NCBI GenBank assembly: GCA_017517275.1
Contig: JAFWZX010000015.1
Location: 12,363 to 76,362, forward strand
Source: Clostridia bacterium
GTDB taxonomy: Bacteria > Bacillota > Clostridia > UBA1212 > UBA1255
Direction of reading: 5' to 3'
DNA length: 64,000 nt
Position 1 is the first letter of the stretch, and every line of letters starts with the position of its first letter. The notes below the pieces were generated by a model. That model had not been told where the DNA came from. It was given only the letters and a program-made list of their open reading frames with translations, and searched no databases. Below, piece after piece: positions 16,723 to 26,630 of the stretch. The translations under genes were made by a program, and so were the position numbers.

Positions 16723-17400
16723 ATGAAAAAGATTGGTTTATACGAAGAACTTGCATACGTACTGGGGCTCATGTTATTGGGCTTCGGTACTGCTTTTATG
16801 GAAAAGTCAGATTTTGGGTTAAGTATGATAGTAGCTCCGGCTTACATTTTGCACGTAAAAATATCCAAATATCTGCCTTTTTTTAGTTTTGGAATGTCAG
16901 GATATGTTCTCCAGACCTTCTTGTTGATTGTACTTTGCCTTATAATCAGAAGATTTAAATTAAGATATCTGATGTCGTTTGCTACGGCTGTTATATACGG
17001 ATTCGTACTTGATGCTTGTGTTTTTATATGCACTAATATCGCATCAGACCATTTGGCTTTGAAGATAACGTATTATATAGTCGGATTGATTATAAGTGAT
17101 GCCGGTTTGGCTTTTCTGTTTAAAACTTACGTTTCACCTGAAGTATATGATTTATTTGTAAAAGAATTAACAGAACGCTTTAATCTTAAGCTGAGCAGTG
17201 TTAAGACCATATATGATTGTTGCAGTCTTCTCATTGCTATAATGCTGTCTTTTATTCTGTTCGGATTTAAGTTGCCTGTAGGTGTTGGTATCGGTACTGT
17301 TGTGTGTGCAGTCATAAACGGCACGTTGATCGGATTTTTCACAGGAATATATAATAAGCTATTTACATATAAGCGCTTGCTTCGGATAAAAGGTGATTAA
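16723..17400 (+). CDS. polytopic membrane protein (YczE/YitT-like?)
   Basis: 225 aa with about 6 hydrophobic helices. The family assignment is only by general resemblance. Confidence 0.5.
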   Translation: MKKIGLYEELAYVLGLMLLGFGTAFMEKSDFGLSMIVAPAYILHVKISKYLPFFSFGMSGYVLQTFLLIVLCLIIRRFKLRYLMSFATAVIYGFVLDACVFICTNIASDHLALKITYYIVGLIISDAGLAFLFKTYVSPEVYDLFVKELTERFNLKLSSVKTIYDCCSLLIAIMLSFILFGFKLPVGVGIGTVVCAVINGTLIGFFTGIYNKLFTYKRLLRIKGD

Positions 17401-17401
17401 T

Positions 17402-17944
17402 ATGAATAGACATTCGCTGAACAAGATGATTATTACTGCTATGTGTACGGCATTATGTGTAATATTGCCGCTTGCGTTTCATGCAATACCGGCAGGAGGT
17501 AAGCTGTTTAGTCCGATACATATTCCGGTTTTGCTTTGCGGCCTTGCCTGCGGTATGCAGTACGGGGCGATTTGCGGCGTGTTAGGGCCGCTGATATCGT
17601 CTTTTATAACCGGCATGCCTGCTATGGGCAGCTTGCCGCCTATGATTTTGGAATGTGTAACGTACGGTTTCCTGGCGGGCTTGCTTATAAAAGTAATCCG
17701 CACCCGTTATTCATTTATTAATTTGTATTCGTCTTTGATAGCTGCGATGATAGGAGGAAGAGTAGTTGCCGGCATAGCAAAGGCTTTGTATTTTTCACCG
17801 GGAATAACAATAGAGCTTTGGTTTACGACTTACTTTGCAGTATCTTTGCCGGGCATCTTTCTTCAATTGATTCTTATTCCGCCGATTGTGTACGCGCTGA
17901 TGCGGTTAAAGCTGATTCCTAAGGCCGGTTGTACGTCCTTGTAA
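17402..17944 (+). CDS. ECF-transporter S (substrate-binding) component
   Basis: PIHIPVLLCGLACG...GPLISSFITGMP...LECVTYGFLAG pattern is typical of ECF S components. The ATG at 17402 follows AAAGGTG. Confidence 0.6.
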   Translation: MNRHSLNKMIITAMCTALCVILPLAFHAIPAGGKLFSPIHIPVLLCGLACGMQYGAICGVLGPLISSFITGMPAMGSLPPMILECVTYGFLAGLLIKVIRTRYSFINLYSSLIAAMIGGRVVAGIAKALYFSPGITIELWFTTYFAVSLPGIFLQLILIPPIVYALMRLKLIPKAGCTSL

Positions 17945-18022
17945 GATTTGCAAAAGTTCTTGATTAAAAGATGGATTAGGGCTAAAATAGAATAGAAATG
18001 TAATGAATTAAAGGAGATTATT

Positions 18023-19255
18023 ATGATAGATAAGTTACGCAAATATAATCAGCAGCATTTACTTAATTATGCTAAGGATCTAAGCGAAGAAGAGTATAAG
18101 AATCTTATTGAAGAGATTGAAGCTATCGATTTTGACCTTGTAACAAAACTGTATAAGGATACAAAAAACAGCGCAGAGCTTCTTAATGCAGATAAGGGCG
18201 AGATTACACCGCTTCCATGCGTTGACAAGGCTTCTATTAGCAAAGAAGAATATAATAATTATTACAATCTGGGTATATCTCTTATGAAACAGGGCAAATA
18301 CGCTGCTCTTACTATGGCAGGCGGTCAGGGAACACGCCTTGGTTACAGCGGACCAAAAGGTTCATATTTCTTAGGCGAGCCAATTAACAAGTCCTTGTTC
18401 CAAATACAATGTCAGCGTCTTGCTGCAAGAAATAAAGAGCTTGGCTGTATTATTCCGTGGTATATAATGACAAGCCGTGAAAATGATTTGCAGACGAAGC
18501 AATTTTTCCGTGATAATGACTATTTCGGATACGATAAAAACAGTATAATGTTCTTCAAGCAAGGCTTCCTGCCGATGCTTCTTGAAGATGGCAGAATCGT
18601 CATGACAGACAAAAAAACAATCAAACAGGGCTCGGACGGACACGGTGGTGTTTTCAAAGCGGCTATCGATTCAGGCGCTGTAGCAGATATGAAAAGAAGA
18701 GGGGTTGAATGGATTTTCGTAGGCGGTATTGATAATATTCTCGTACGTCTTGATGACCCGCTGTTCGTAGGATATCTTGCAGCTAATAATTTCAGATTAG
18801 GCGGTAAATCACTTATTAAACGTGATCCATATGAGAAGGCGGGGGTTTTCTGTAAAAGAGGCGGCAGACCGTGTGTTATTGAGTATACCGAGATCTCTGA
18901 TGAGATGGCTCAAGCCACAGATGAGCAGGGCAAATATTTATATGGCGACTTGCATATTTTATGTAATATGTTCAATATCGGCGTTTTCGACGATATGGCA
19001 AATTGCGGACTTCCGTACCACGTTGCACATAAGAAGACAGACTATATTGATGAACACGGAAATTTAATTAAGCCTGATGCACCTAATGCTTATAAATATG
19101 AGGCATTTATGTTTGATGCGTTTGAATATTATGAAAATATGGGTATACTTAGAGTAAAAAGAGAAGAGGAATTTGCTCCTATCAAGAACAAAGAAGGTCA
19201 GGATAGCCCTCAAAGTGCAACAGAGCTTTACATAGCCTGTGAGATTAATAAATAA
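18023..19255 (+). CDS. UDPGP type-1 family UDP-sugar / UDP-N-acetylhexosamine pyrophosphorylase
   Basis: LTMAGGQGTRLGYSGPKG nucleotide-binding loop and GHGGVF; resembles eukaryotic-type UAP/USP. Confidence 0.8.
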   Translation: MIDKLRKYNQQHLLNYAKDLSEEEYKNLIEEIEAIDFDLVTKLYKDTKNSAELLNADKGEITPLPCVDKASISKEEYNNYYNLGISLMKQGKYAALTMAGGQGTRLGYSGPKGSYFLGEPINKSLFQIQCQRLAARNKELGCIIPWYIMTSRENDLQTKQFFRDNDYFGYDKNSIMFFKQGFLPMLLEDGRIVMTDKKTIKQGSDGHGGVFKAAIDSGAVADMKRRGVEWIFVGGIDNILVRLDDPLFVGYLAANNFRLGGKSLIKRDPYEKAGVFCKRGGRPCVIEYTEISDEMAQATDEQGKYLYGDLHILCNMFNIGVFDDMANCGLPYHVAHKKTDYIDEHGNLIKPDAPNAYKYEAFMFDAFEYYENMGILRVKREEEFAPIKNKEGQDSPQSATELYIACEINK

Positions 19256-19266
19256 AAAGGATAGAT

Positions 19267-19908
19267 ATGAATAAGGGTAGGAATTTAGCAATATTAATGT
19301 GTTGTCTCCTCGTTCTGAGCTTGCTTACGCTGCTTTCTAAAACGAGAGGTTCTAATATGTCCGGAGTTGTAGACGATGTCCGTTATATTAAACAATCAGC
19401 AGAAGGCGACGTAGAAAAATATGAATTCTATTTCATCGAAGATATAGTTATGGTGGCTGACGTTAAGACTTCTGTAGAAGGAGTCCGTGTTGATATTTCT
19501 TATCGCGGCGAGTATTTAGAAGAGATGGAAGAGTATGAGATTCTCGGTAAATACGATTATTACTACGTAATAGAAGGTACCGGTAAAGACAATGCTGTTG
19601 TTACGCCTATCCTGAATGAAGGATATGAGGATTCGGCAAAAGACCCTCATGAATATTTCACGGACAAATTTTTCCTCACGATGATCTACGGCAAAGATCC
19701 TTTTATAACTATTTATCAGGCAGTTATCGTCGCTGTGATTGCGGCAGTCGGCGGACTTATTATCGGCAAAGCAGAGGAGCTTTGTGTTTTCTTCAAAAGA
19801 GAGAAGGATTATTGTCCCAAGTGGGAGGAACTGACCGTTTATAAGAAGATAGGCGGCGGTATACTTGCTTTTGCAGGTGTTATACTTGTTGTATTTGTAA
19901 TAATTTGA
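19267..19908 (+). CDS. hypothetical membrane protein (N-terminal signal/anchor and two C-terminal TM helices)
   Basis: 213-aa ORF with an SD and hydrophobic termini. I recognise no motif. Confidence 0.6.
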   Translation: MNKGRNLAILMCCLLVLSLLTLLSKTRGSNMSGVVDDVRYIKQSAEGDVEKYEFYFIEDIVMVADVKTSVEGVRVDISYRGEYLEEMEEYEILGKYDYYYVIEGTGKDNAVVTPILNEGYEDSAKDPHEYFTDKFFLTMIYGKDPFITIYQAVIVAVIAAVGGLIIGKAEELCVFFKREKDYCPKWEELTVYKKIGGGILAFAGVILVVFVII

Positions 19909-19924
19909 GGTATTTGAGGTTCAG

Positions 19925-21487
19925 ATGACTGTTCGTAAAAGGATTTTTGTTGCCAATCTGGTTATGCTGGTTATTTTGCTCCTTTTGGTGTTCCTACTAT
20001 CCTTTTACATAGTAAGAGTTTTTACCGGTGTTTATATGTCTAATGATATAGACAGGATTTCTGTTCCGGAGGACAGTGATAAAAGTGTGTCGATATATGA
20101 ATTGCAAATCGTTTTTGACAGCATGATTAATATGAGTGTTGAGGCTACTTATACACCGCAGGAATATCCTGATTACAAAAAGATTACATCTTATTTACGG
20201 GGAACAGGCACGATGGCATACGTGTTGATTGACGGGAATACCGTTTTCCTGAGCGGTGCCAAAAGCGCTGATGAGATATACAAATATGCTATTAAGACAA
20301 ACGGAACTATTGAGAACAAATCAGGCACGCTCTTTTACTCTGATTCAAATAGTTTTATGTATGCTTCTACCTTTGATAATAACGGTAAAAGTTTTTCTGT
20401 TATGATGTTCAATAATAAATTAGGCACCGCCGGTCTTAAGATAGACAATAATAGATATTGGGATGAGGCAAATACTGCAGTATCCAAAGCTGTAAGGTCT
20501 ATCGCGATATTAGGCAGTATTGTTATCGTTATTATTAATTTGCTTTTGATTGTAGCCGTTTCAAACAGTATAATGGGGCCTTTAAATAAGCTCAAGGAAG
20601 CAACGAAATTGATTGCAGCCGGTAAATTTGACTTTGAAATGGATTACACAGGTGACGACGAACTGACAGAGGTTTTATCTAACTTCGATTACATGAGAAC
20701 AAAGCTGCTTGAGTCCACCGAACAGCAAAAGAAATATGAAGAAAATAGGAAAGAATTGATTGCAGGCATTTCTCATGACCTGAGAACACCTTTGACGTCA
20801 ATTAAAGGATACGTCTCAGGACTTATCGACGGTATTGCTGATTCTCCGGAACGCCGTACCCAGTATTTAACAATAATTTACAATACTGCCTGTGACCTTG
20901 ACAAATTAGTAGATGAATTGTTTTTATTTTCAAAGCTTGATGCAGATAAGATACCGTTTGATTTTGTTGTGACGGAATTGGATAATTATCTTGCTTCATG
21001 CATAGATGAGTTCCGCTTTACATACAGTAAAAATAACATCGTTGTAACGTATGCAAACGTTTGTAACGGGCCTGTATACGTTAGCCTTGATCCTGACAGA
21101 TTCGCAAGAGTTCTTATTAATATTGCAGACAATTCGTCAAAATACAAGGTTAACCCCGTGGGAAGTATTCACGTGACTATGTACCGTGAAAATGACGATT
21201 TTGTATGCGTGTCAATAAAAGATGACGGCAAGGGCATGGATAGAAAAGATGCAGATAAGATATTTGATTCTTTTTACAGAAACGATCCGGCTCGGACAAA
21301 TCCGGTAAAAGGAAGCGGCCTTGGTTTATCAATTGCAAAGCAAATAGTTACAAGGCACGGCGGAAGAATACATGCAGAGACAAATATTGGAGAGGGTATG
21401 AACATTATTATTGAATTGCCGGTTTTGGATGACCCGACGAAAGGCAACAATGGAGGTTTTATCGGTGAAAAGAATACTAATAATTGA
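19925..21487 (+). CDS. sensor histidine kinase (two TM helices, HAMP, HisKA, HATPase)
   Basis: H-box AGISHDLRTPLTSIKGY, N-box NIADNSSKY, G-box GSGLGLSIAKQIV. Confidence 0.9.
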   Translation: MTVRKRIFVANLVMLVILLLLVFLLSFYIVRVFTGVYMSNDIDRISVPEDSDKSVSIYELQIVFDSMINMSVEATYTPQEYPDYKKITSYLRGTGTMAYVLIDGNTVFLSGAKSADEIYKYAIKTNGTIENKSGTLFYSDSNSFMYASTFDNNGKSFSVMMFNNKLGTAGLKIDNNRYWDEANTAVSKAVRSIAILGSIVIVIINLLLIVAVSNSIMGPLNKLKEATKLIAAGKFDFEMDYTGDDELTEVLSNFDYMRTKLLESTEQQKKYEENRKELIAGISHDLRTPLTSIKGYVSGLIDGIADSPERRTQYLTIIYNTACDLDKLVDELFLFSKLDADKIPFDFVVTELDNYLASCIDEFRFTYSKNNIVVTYANVCNGPVYVSLDPDRFARVLINIADNSSKYKVNPVGSIHVTMYRENDDFVCVSIKDDGKGMDRKDADKIFDSFYRNDPARTNPVKGSGLGLSIAKQIVTRHGGRIHAETNIGEGMNIIIELPVLDDPTKGNNGGFIGEKNTNN

Positions 21488-22160
21488 AGATGACGTTAAT
21501 ATTTCAGCTCTTGAACGAGATTATCTTGAGGCAAACGGATATGCCACGGATATCGAACATAACGGAGCCCAGGGACTGGCCAATGCTATAAATTATGACT
21601 ATAATTGCATCATAGTAGATATAATGTTGCCGGAAATAAACGGCTTTGAGATTTGCCGTGAGGTACGTAAATCAAAAGACATTCCGATTATTATCGTGAC
21701 GGCTAAGAAGGAAGATATTGATAAAATCCGTGGACTTGGCCTGGGTGCTGACGATTATATCGTAAAGCCTTTCAGCCCAAGCGAATTAGTTGCCCGCGTT
21801 ACAGCGCATATTAATCGATATGAGCGTCTTGTGTTAGCATCGCAAGGAGAGAGCAAAGATATAATTGAAACCGGCAGACTCAGAATAGAAAAGGCTTCAC
21901 GTCGCGTTTTTATTGCAAATAAGGAAGTTGTTCTTGCAAATAAGGAGTTTGATTTATTACTGTTCCTTGCACAGAATCCAAACGTTGTTTTCAGTAAAGA
22001 CCAGCTTTTTGATAAAATATGGGGATATGATTCTATCGGAGAACCGTCTACCGTTACAGTACATATTAATAAGCTTCGTGAAAAGATAGAAGAAGACATG
22101 TCAAAGCCTCAATATATTGAGACCGTATGGGGAGCCGGTTATCGTTTCCGCGAAGGATAA
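21465..22160 (+). CDS. OmpR/PhoB-family response regulator
   Basis: ILIIEDD, DIMLPEINGFE and a winged-helix end IETVWGAGYRF. GTG start at 21465 has GGAGG 8 nt upstream and overlaps the kinase stop. Confidence 0.85.
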   Translation: MKRILIIEDDVNISALERDYLEANGYATDIEHNGAQGLANAINYDYNCIIVDIMLPEINGFEICREVRKSKDIPIIIVTAKKEDIDKIRGLGLGADDYIVKPFSPSELVARVTAHINRYERLVLASQGESKDIIETGRLRIEKASRRVFIANKEVVLANKEFDLLLFLAQNPNVVFSKDQLFDKIWGYDSIGEPSTVTVHINKLREKIEEDMSKPQYIETVWGAGYRFREG

Positions 22161-22170
22161 GGAGTTACTT

Positions 22171-23139
22171 ATGGATAGCAAATATACAGTATCACTGTCA
22201 AAAGTGGTTAAAGATCAAAATCTTGAAGTCATGACGTGTCAAGAACTCTTGGATAATATAGTTATAGAATGTCCTGATATTAACAGACCGGGACTCGAGC
22301 TTGCAGGTTATTGCGATAATTTTGCAAATGACAGAATCCAACTGATCGGCAACGTAGAAATGCAATATATAAACAGCCTTACTGAAACAAAGCTAAAGAA
22401 ATCATTAACCCGTGTTTTTAAGCTTGGTTTTCCATGTGTTGTTATCGCAAGGAATCTTCAGGTACCGGAGATTATGCTTGATATTTCAAATAGATATAAA
22501 GTACCTGTCTTAAGAACAAAAGAAGCTACAACGGCTTTTCACAGTGAACTAAACAGGTATTTGAGCGTACAATTAGCTCCGAGGGAAGTTGTTCATGCCT
22601 GCTTTGTGGAAGTCTACGGAGAGGGCGTTCTGATAACTGGCAAGAGTGGCGTAGGCAAAAGCGAGACGGCACTCGAGCTTGTAAAAAGGGGACATCGACT
22701 AGTTGCAGATGATCTTGTAGAGATAAGACGCGTATCAAGTAAGACTTTAGTGGGATCGGCACCTGATATAATAAGACATTTCATAGAGATCAGAGGTGTA
22801 GGGTTTCTTGACGTAAAGCGTCTTTACGGTATGGGAGCCGTAAAAATGACTGAAAACATTCAGCTGGTTATTGATCTTGAAAAGTGGGAAGCAGGCAAAA
22901 CGTATGACAGACTTGGTATTGAAGACGTGTATACAGAGATACTCGGTATAAAAGTTCCGTCTGTTTCGATTCCTGTTATGCCCGGACGCAATCTTGCTAT
23001 AATAGTTGAGGTTGCTGCTATGAATAACAGACAGAAGATGATGGGCTATAATGCTGCAAAGGAACTTAATCGCCGTGTGTTTGAAACAGGCCGCGGGGCA
23101 ATAAAAGGTGGCAGTTATGGCGGAGATATCTTCTATTGA
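22171..23139 (+). CDS. hprK: HPr kinase/phosphorylase
   Basis: ITGKSGVGKSETALELVKRGHRLVADD (P-loop plus signature). ATG at 22171 follows GGAG. Confidence 0.9.
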   Translation: MDSKYTVSLSKVVKDQNLEVMTCQELLDNIVIECPDINRPGLELAGYCDNFANDRIQLIGNVEMQYINSLTETKLKKSLTRVFKLGFPCVVIARNLQVPEIMLDISNRYKVPVLRTKEATTAFHSELNRYLSVQLAPREVVHACFVEVYGEGVLITGKSGVGKSETALELVKRGHRLVADDLVEIRRVSSKTLVGSAPDIIRHFIEIRGVGFLDVKRLYGMGAVKMTENIQLVIDLEKWEAGKTYDRLGIEDVYTEILGIKVPSVSIPVMPGRNLAIIVEVAAMNNRQKMMGYNAAKELNRRVFETGRGAIKGGSYGGDIFY

Positions 23140-23158
23140 TATGGTATAAGGAGAGTTA

Positions 23159-24121
23159 ATGTTGAACATTTACGACTTTGTGGATAAAAGTATAGTTCTT
23201 GAAAATGAACCCATGTCAGCACATACGTCTTTTCGTACAGGCGGACCTGCAAGGTATCTTATTATGCCCGAAAATACTTTCGATATTATTAACGCATTGC
23301 GCTACGGTAAGAATGCGGGTATAGAGATTTTCACTATGGGCTGCGGTAGCAATTTGTTGGTATCTGATAAAGGTTTTGACGGAATGATTATTAAAATTTG
23401 TGAAAAGTTCAGTGATTGTTTTGTTGTAAGTGAGGATGAACGTACAATTACTGTCAGAGCTCAGGCAGGGTGCAGGCTGTCAAAACTTGCCAACTTTGTT
23501 GCAAAACTGTCCTGCACGGGGATGGAAGCTTTGTCGGGAATACCCGGCAGCGTAGGCGGAGCTGTCAGGATGAATGCCGGAGCATACGACGGACAGATTG
23601 CAGACGTCTTGGTTTCCAGTGATTATATTGATATTGCTACCATGGAGGTAAAAACAAAAACAGCCTCTGAGCACAACTTCCGCTATCGTTATTCTTCGTA
23701 TAACGGAGAGGCGAATATTATTGTTTCTGCGGATTTTAAAGTTACAAAGACTGATAATACTCAGGCTGTTTACGACAAAATGAGAGAGTTAAATAAACGC
23801 AGAGCCGACAAGCAGCCTTTGGAATATCCAAGCGCGGGCAGTACGTTTAAGCGGCCGGAAGGGCATTATGCAGGTGCTCTTATTGAAGAAAACGGCCTTA
23901 AAGGATATCGTGTAGGCGGTGCTTGCGTTTCTACAAAGCATGCAGGCTTTATAATTAATATAGAGAATGCAACTTCTGATGATATTATGAACGTAATACA
24001 TCATGTGATGCAGACAGTCTACAATAACAACAAGGTGGCGTTAACTCCTGAAATAGTATTTCTTGGTAAATTTAGTTTTGTGACTTTAATAAATAATTTA
24101 CAATTGAATGTAGACAATTGA
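23159..24121 (+). CDS. murB: UDP-N-acetylenolpyruvoylglucosamine reductase
   Basis: MSAHTSFRTGGPARY, GSNLLVSD and PSAGSTFKRPEG. Confidence 0.9.
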   Translation: MLNIYDFVDKSIVLENEPMSAHTSFRTGGPARYLIMPENTFDIINALRYGKNAGIEIFTMGCGSNLLVSDKGFDGMIIKICEKFSDCFVVSEDERTITVRAQAGCRLSKLANFVAKLSCTGMEALSGIPGSVGGAVRMNAGAYDGQIADVLVSSDYIDIATMEVKTKTASEHNFRYRYSSYNGEANIIVSADFKVTKTDNTQAVYDKMRELNKRRADKQPLEYPSAGSTFKRPEGHYAGALIEENGLKGYRVGGACVSTKHAGFIINIENATSDDIMNVIHHVMQTVYNNNKVALTPEIVFLGKFSFVTLINNLQLNVDN

Positions 24122-24181
24122 TACTACTTCTGTTAAAATATATGAAAATATAAACAAAATTTATCTCGGAGGGATAATAAG

Positions 24182-24901
24182 ATGAGTTTTAAAAAAGTTA
24201 TTTCATTACTTCTCGTTGTTCTTATGGCTGCATCGCTGGCTTTTTCTATGGTTGCATGCCAGGAAGAGGATGCTAACAACGCGCGTATTAACCACCTTCC
24301 TGATCAGTTGGAGAATCAGAGATATTACTTCCAGCAGGGTTATACAAAGGAGACATGGGACGTAGCTATCGGTGAAAATGATTACTATTTACGTCGCATT
24401 CAGCAGACAGCTAACGGAGATCCTGTTCGTGTTAGCAGTGTTGGTCTTTGCGCTCAGTTCACACCTAAAGGCCGTACAGACATTACATATTCAATTTATA
24501 ACATTGCAGGTGTAGGTGGCGCAGCTGTTACACGTGGTGTGGTATTTGAGCAGTTAGTAAACGATGAAATATCATCTAACTTCCACTTCAATGAACTGTT
24601 CCTCGATTCTACAGAGCAGGACGGCAGAGAAAACTTTGTTATGGATAAATACGAGGATGTTAACGATACAATTGTTAATATCGACAAGACACAGTTTAAT
24701 ACACTTGGTTATACTTTCACAAAAGAAGGTATTGACTGGAAGGGTAACCTCTATTTTATCCCTCACCAGATGGGCGGTATCACAAGTTTCCACGTAATTA
24801 CAGTTGAGACAGTTGCTTCTGTATGGGACGAATTAAAGGCTGATATCGACATTATGCTTAAAGACTTTAAACAGATTGGTTATGAGAAAAAAGGCGAATA
24901 A
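24182..24901 (+). CDS. hypothetical lipoprotein
   Basis: Signal peptide with lipobox (LAFSMVAC). No recognisable domain. Confidence 0.65.
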   Translation: MSFKKVISLLLVVLMAASLAFSMVACQEEDANNARINHLPDQLENQRYYFQQGYTKETWDVAIGENDYYLRRIQQTANGDPVRVSSVGLCAQFTPKGRTDITYSIYNIAGVGGAAVTRGVVFEQLVNDEISSNFHFNELFLDSTEQDGRENFVMDKYEDVNDTIVNIDKTQFNTLGYTFTKEGIDWKGNLYFIPHQMGGITSFHVITVETVASVWDELKADIDIMLKDFKQIGYEKKGE

Positions 24902-24936
24902 TCATCTTGTTGAGATAGTATTTAATTAACGATATA

Positions 24937-24965
24937 CGAACCGACTTAGCAGTCGGTTCGTTTTT
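24937..24965 (+). terminator. Rho-independent terminator
   Basis: cgaaccgact-tagc-agtcggttcg followed by ttttt. Confidence 0.8.
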
Positions 24966-24992
24966 CTATACTGACAAATAAAGGAAGCACTT

Positions 24993-25859
24993 ATGGTACA
25001 GATAATTGTTGAAAAAAACAAAATAATGCTTATTGATCTTATTTACGAGAAGTACCCGTATCTGCCGTATTCCGTTATCTGTAAGACCTTAAGAAATAAA
25101 GACGTTAAGGTTTGCGGCAAAAGAGTAAATTCCAATATAGAGGTTCTTAAGGGAGATATAGTTCAGCTGTACGTTGACGTTGACGCTTACGTTAAGAAAT
25201 CATATGCTGTATTATACGAAAATGACTACGTTTTGATAGTATCTAAAGATCAGGGTGTTATTGTGAATAATGACAGTAATTCTCTTATTGATTTAATTAA
25301 CAAAGATTATAATGGTAATTATGAATTATGCCATAGATTGGACCGTAATACAGGCGGCATTCTGATTATCAGTAAGAACAAAGATAAGACAAGTACTGTA
25401 TGTGATATTATTAATTCACGTGATTATAAAAAAATTTATACTGCCGTAGTAGCGGGTGATATGCGTCAGTATCAGCAAAGTACAATTCTCAAAGCCTGGC
25501 ACTTTAAAGATGCTAAGAAGAATACGGTTTTTATATATAATGAAGAACGAAAATATACAAAAGAGATCCTCACGGCAGTTAGATGCATTGACTATGACAG
25601 TAAAAATAATATTTCAACTGTGGAGATTGACTTGATTACCGGCAGAACACATCAAATCAGAGCTCATATGGCTCATTTAGGACATCCCGTCATAGGAGAC
25701 GGGAAATATGGCAACTACGATCTTAATCGCAAATTTGCCGCCAAATATCAGCTCTTGTGGGCGAGCGCCTTAATCCCTCACAATATAAAAAACTCATCCG
25801 GACTGTTGCCGGATGAGCCTTTAATTGACAAGCCTCGTTTTAAATTTACTCGCCTGTAA
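24993..25859 (+). CDS. RluA-family pseudouridine synthase
   Basis: HRLDRNTGGILIISK (catalytic Asp) and TGRTHQIRAHMAHLGHPVIGDGKYG. Confidence 0.9.
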   Translation: MVQIIVEKNKIMLIDLIYEKYPYLPYSVICKTLRNKDVKVCGKRVNSNIEVLKGDIVQLYVDVDAYVKKSYAVLYENDYVLIVSKDQGVIVNNDSNSLIDLINKDYNGNYELCHRLDRNTGGILIISKNKDKTSTVCDIINSRDYKKIYTAVVAGDMRQYQQSTILKAWHFKDAKKNTVFIYNEERKYTKEILTAVRCIDYDSKNNISTVEIDLITGRTHQIRAHMAHLGHPVIGDGKYGNYDLNRKFAAKYQLLWASALIPHNIKNSSGLLPDEPLIDKPRFKFTRL

Positions 25860-26571
25860 AAAGTTGCACGATAACTTTACCGTATACAGGACTTGTATAT
25901 ATTCCTATGCCTGTGGTGGTGTATTCATTGTTTAAAATATTATCCTTGTTGGCATCTGAACTCATCATAGAATAAAATGCGCCGTCAATAGTTTGGTTAC
26001 CTGATATATTTTCACCGGCAACTGTGAAAACAACGCCTTCTGCACGCATCATTTCAAAAGGGTTACCGTATGAAATTGAATTATGTGAAAAGTTATTGTT
26101 TTCAACGATGTCTCTTGCTTTATAAAAAGCTAACTTATTCAATATATTGCTTGCTTCAAGAGAGTGGAGGTTAAGCTCGCTTCTTGCTCCGTTTACCATA
26201 TTGAGGAATTTTTCTTCATCTGTTAGCGGTGTTACGGTCTCCGTGTCAGACAAGTCTCCGTCAATCATGCTAAGATTATCGGATTTTACCGCGCCGGTAC
26301 AGGCGGTTGAATAATCGTATATCATGCACCAATTTTGAATACGGGCAAGAACCTTTACTGTGTCTCCTGTGTTGAGCGTAGATATAACGTCAAATTTGTC
26401 GCCGACACCGCAATGAACGTCACAGTCTTGTGTGATTTTGGCTTCTTCAAAAACACAAAATAAACTGTCATCTTCGCTTGCAAAACTGCCGACACCAAAA
26501 TATGGCAGAATCATTATTACTGCAAGCGCGATTGTAAGAATTTTTTTTACAAGTTTTGAGTCTGAATACAT
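25846..26571 (-). CDS. secreted SH3b + CAP/SCP (YkwD-like) domain protein
   Basis: Signal peptide. GDTVKVLARIQNWCMI (SH3-like). The C-terminal FSHNSISYGNPFEMM...GENISGNQT resembles a CAP domain. Confidence 0.65.
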   Translation of the reverse strand: MYSDSKLVKKILTIALAVIMILPYFGVGSFASEDDSLFCVFEEAKITQDCDVHCGVGDKFDVISTLNTGDTVKVLARIQNWCMIYDYSTACTGAVKSDNLSMIDGDLSDTETVTPLTDEEKFLNMVNGARSELNLHSLEASNILNKLAFYKARDIVENNNFSHNSISYGNPFEMMRAEGVVFTVAGENISGNQTIDGAFYSMMSSDANKDNILNNEYTTTGIGIYTSPVYGKVIVQLFTGE

Positions 26572-26630
26572 AAAATAACCTCCATAATTGTTCTGGAGGT
26601 ATTATTTGCCGTTTTTATAGATGTTATTCA

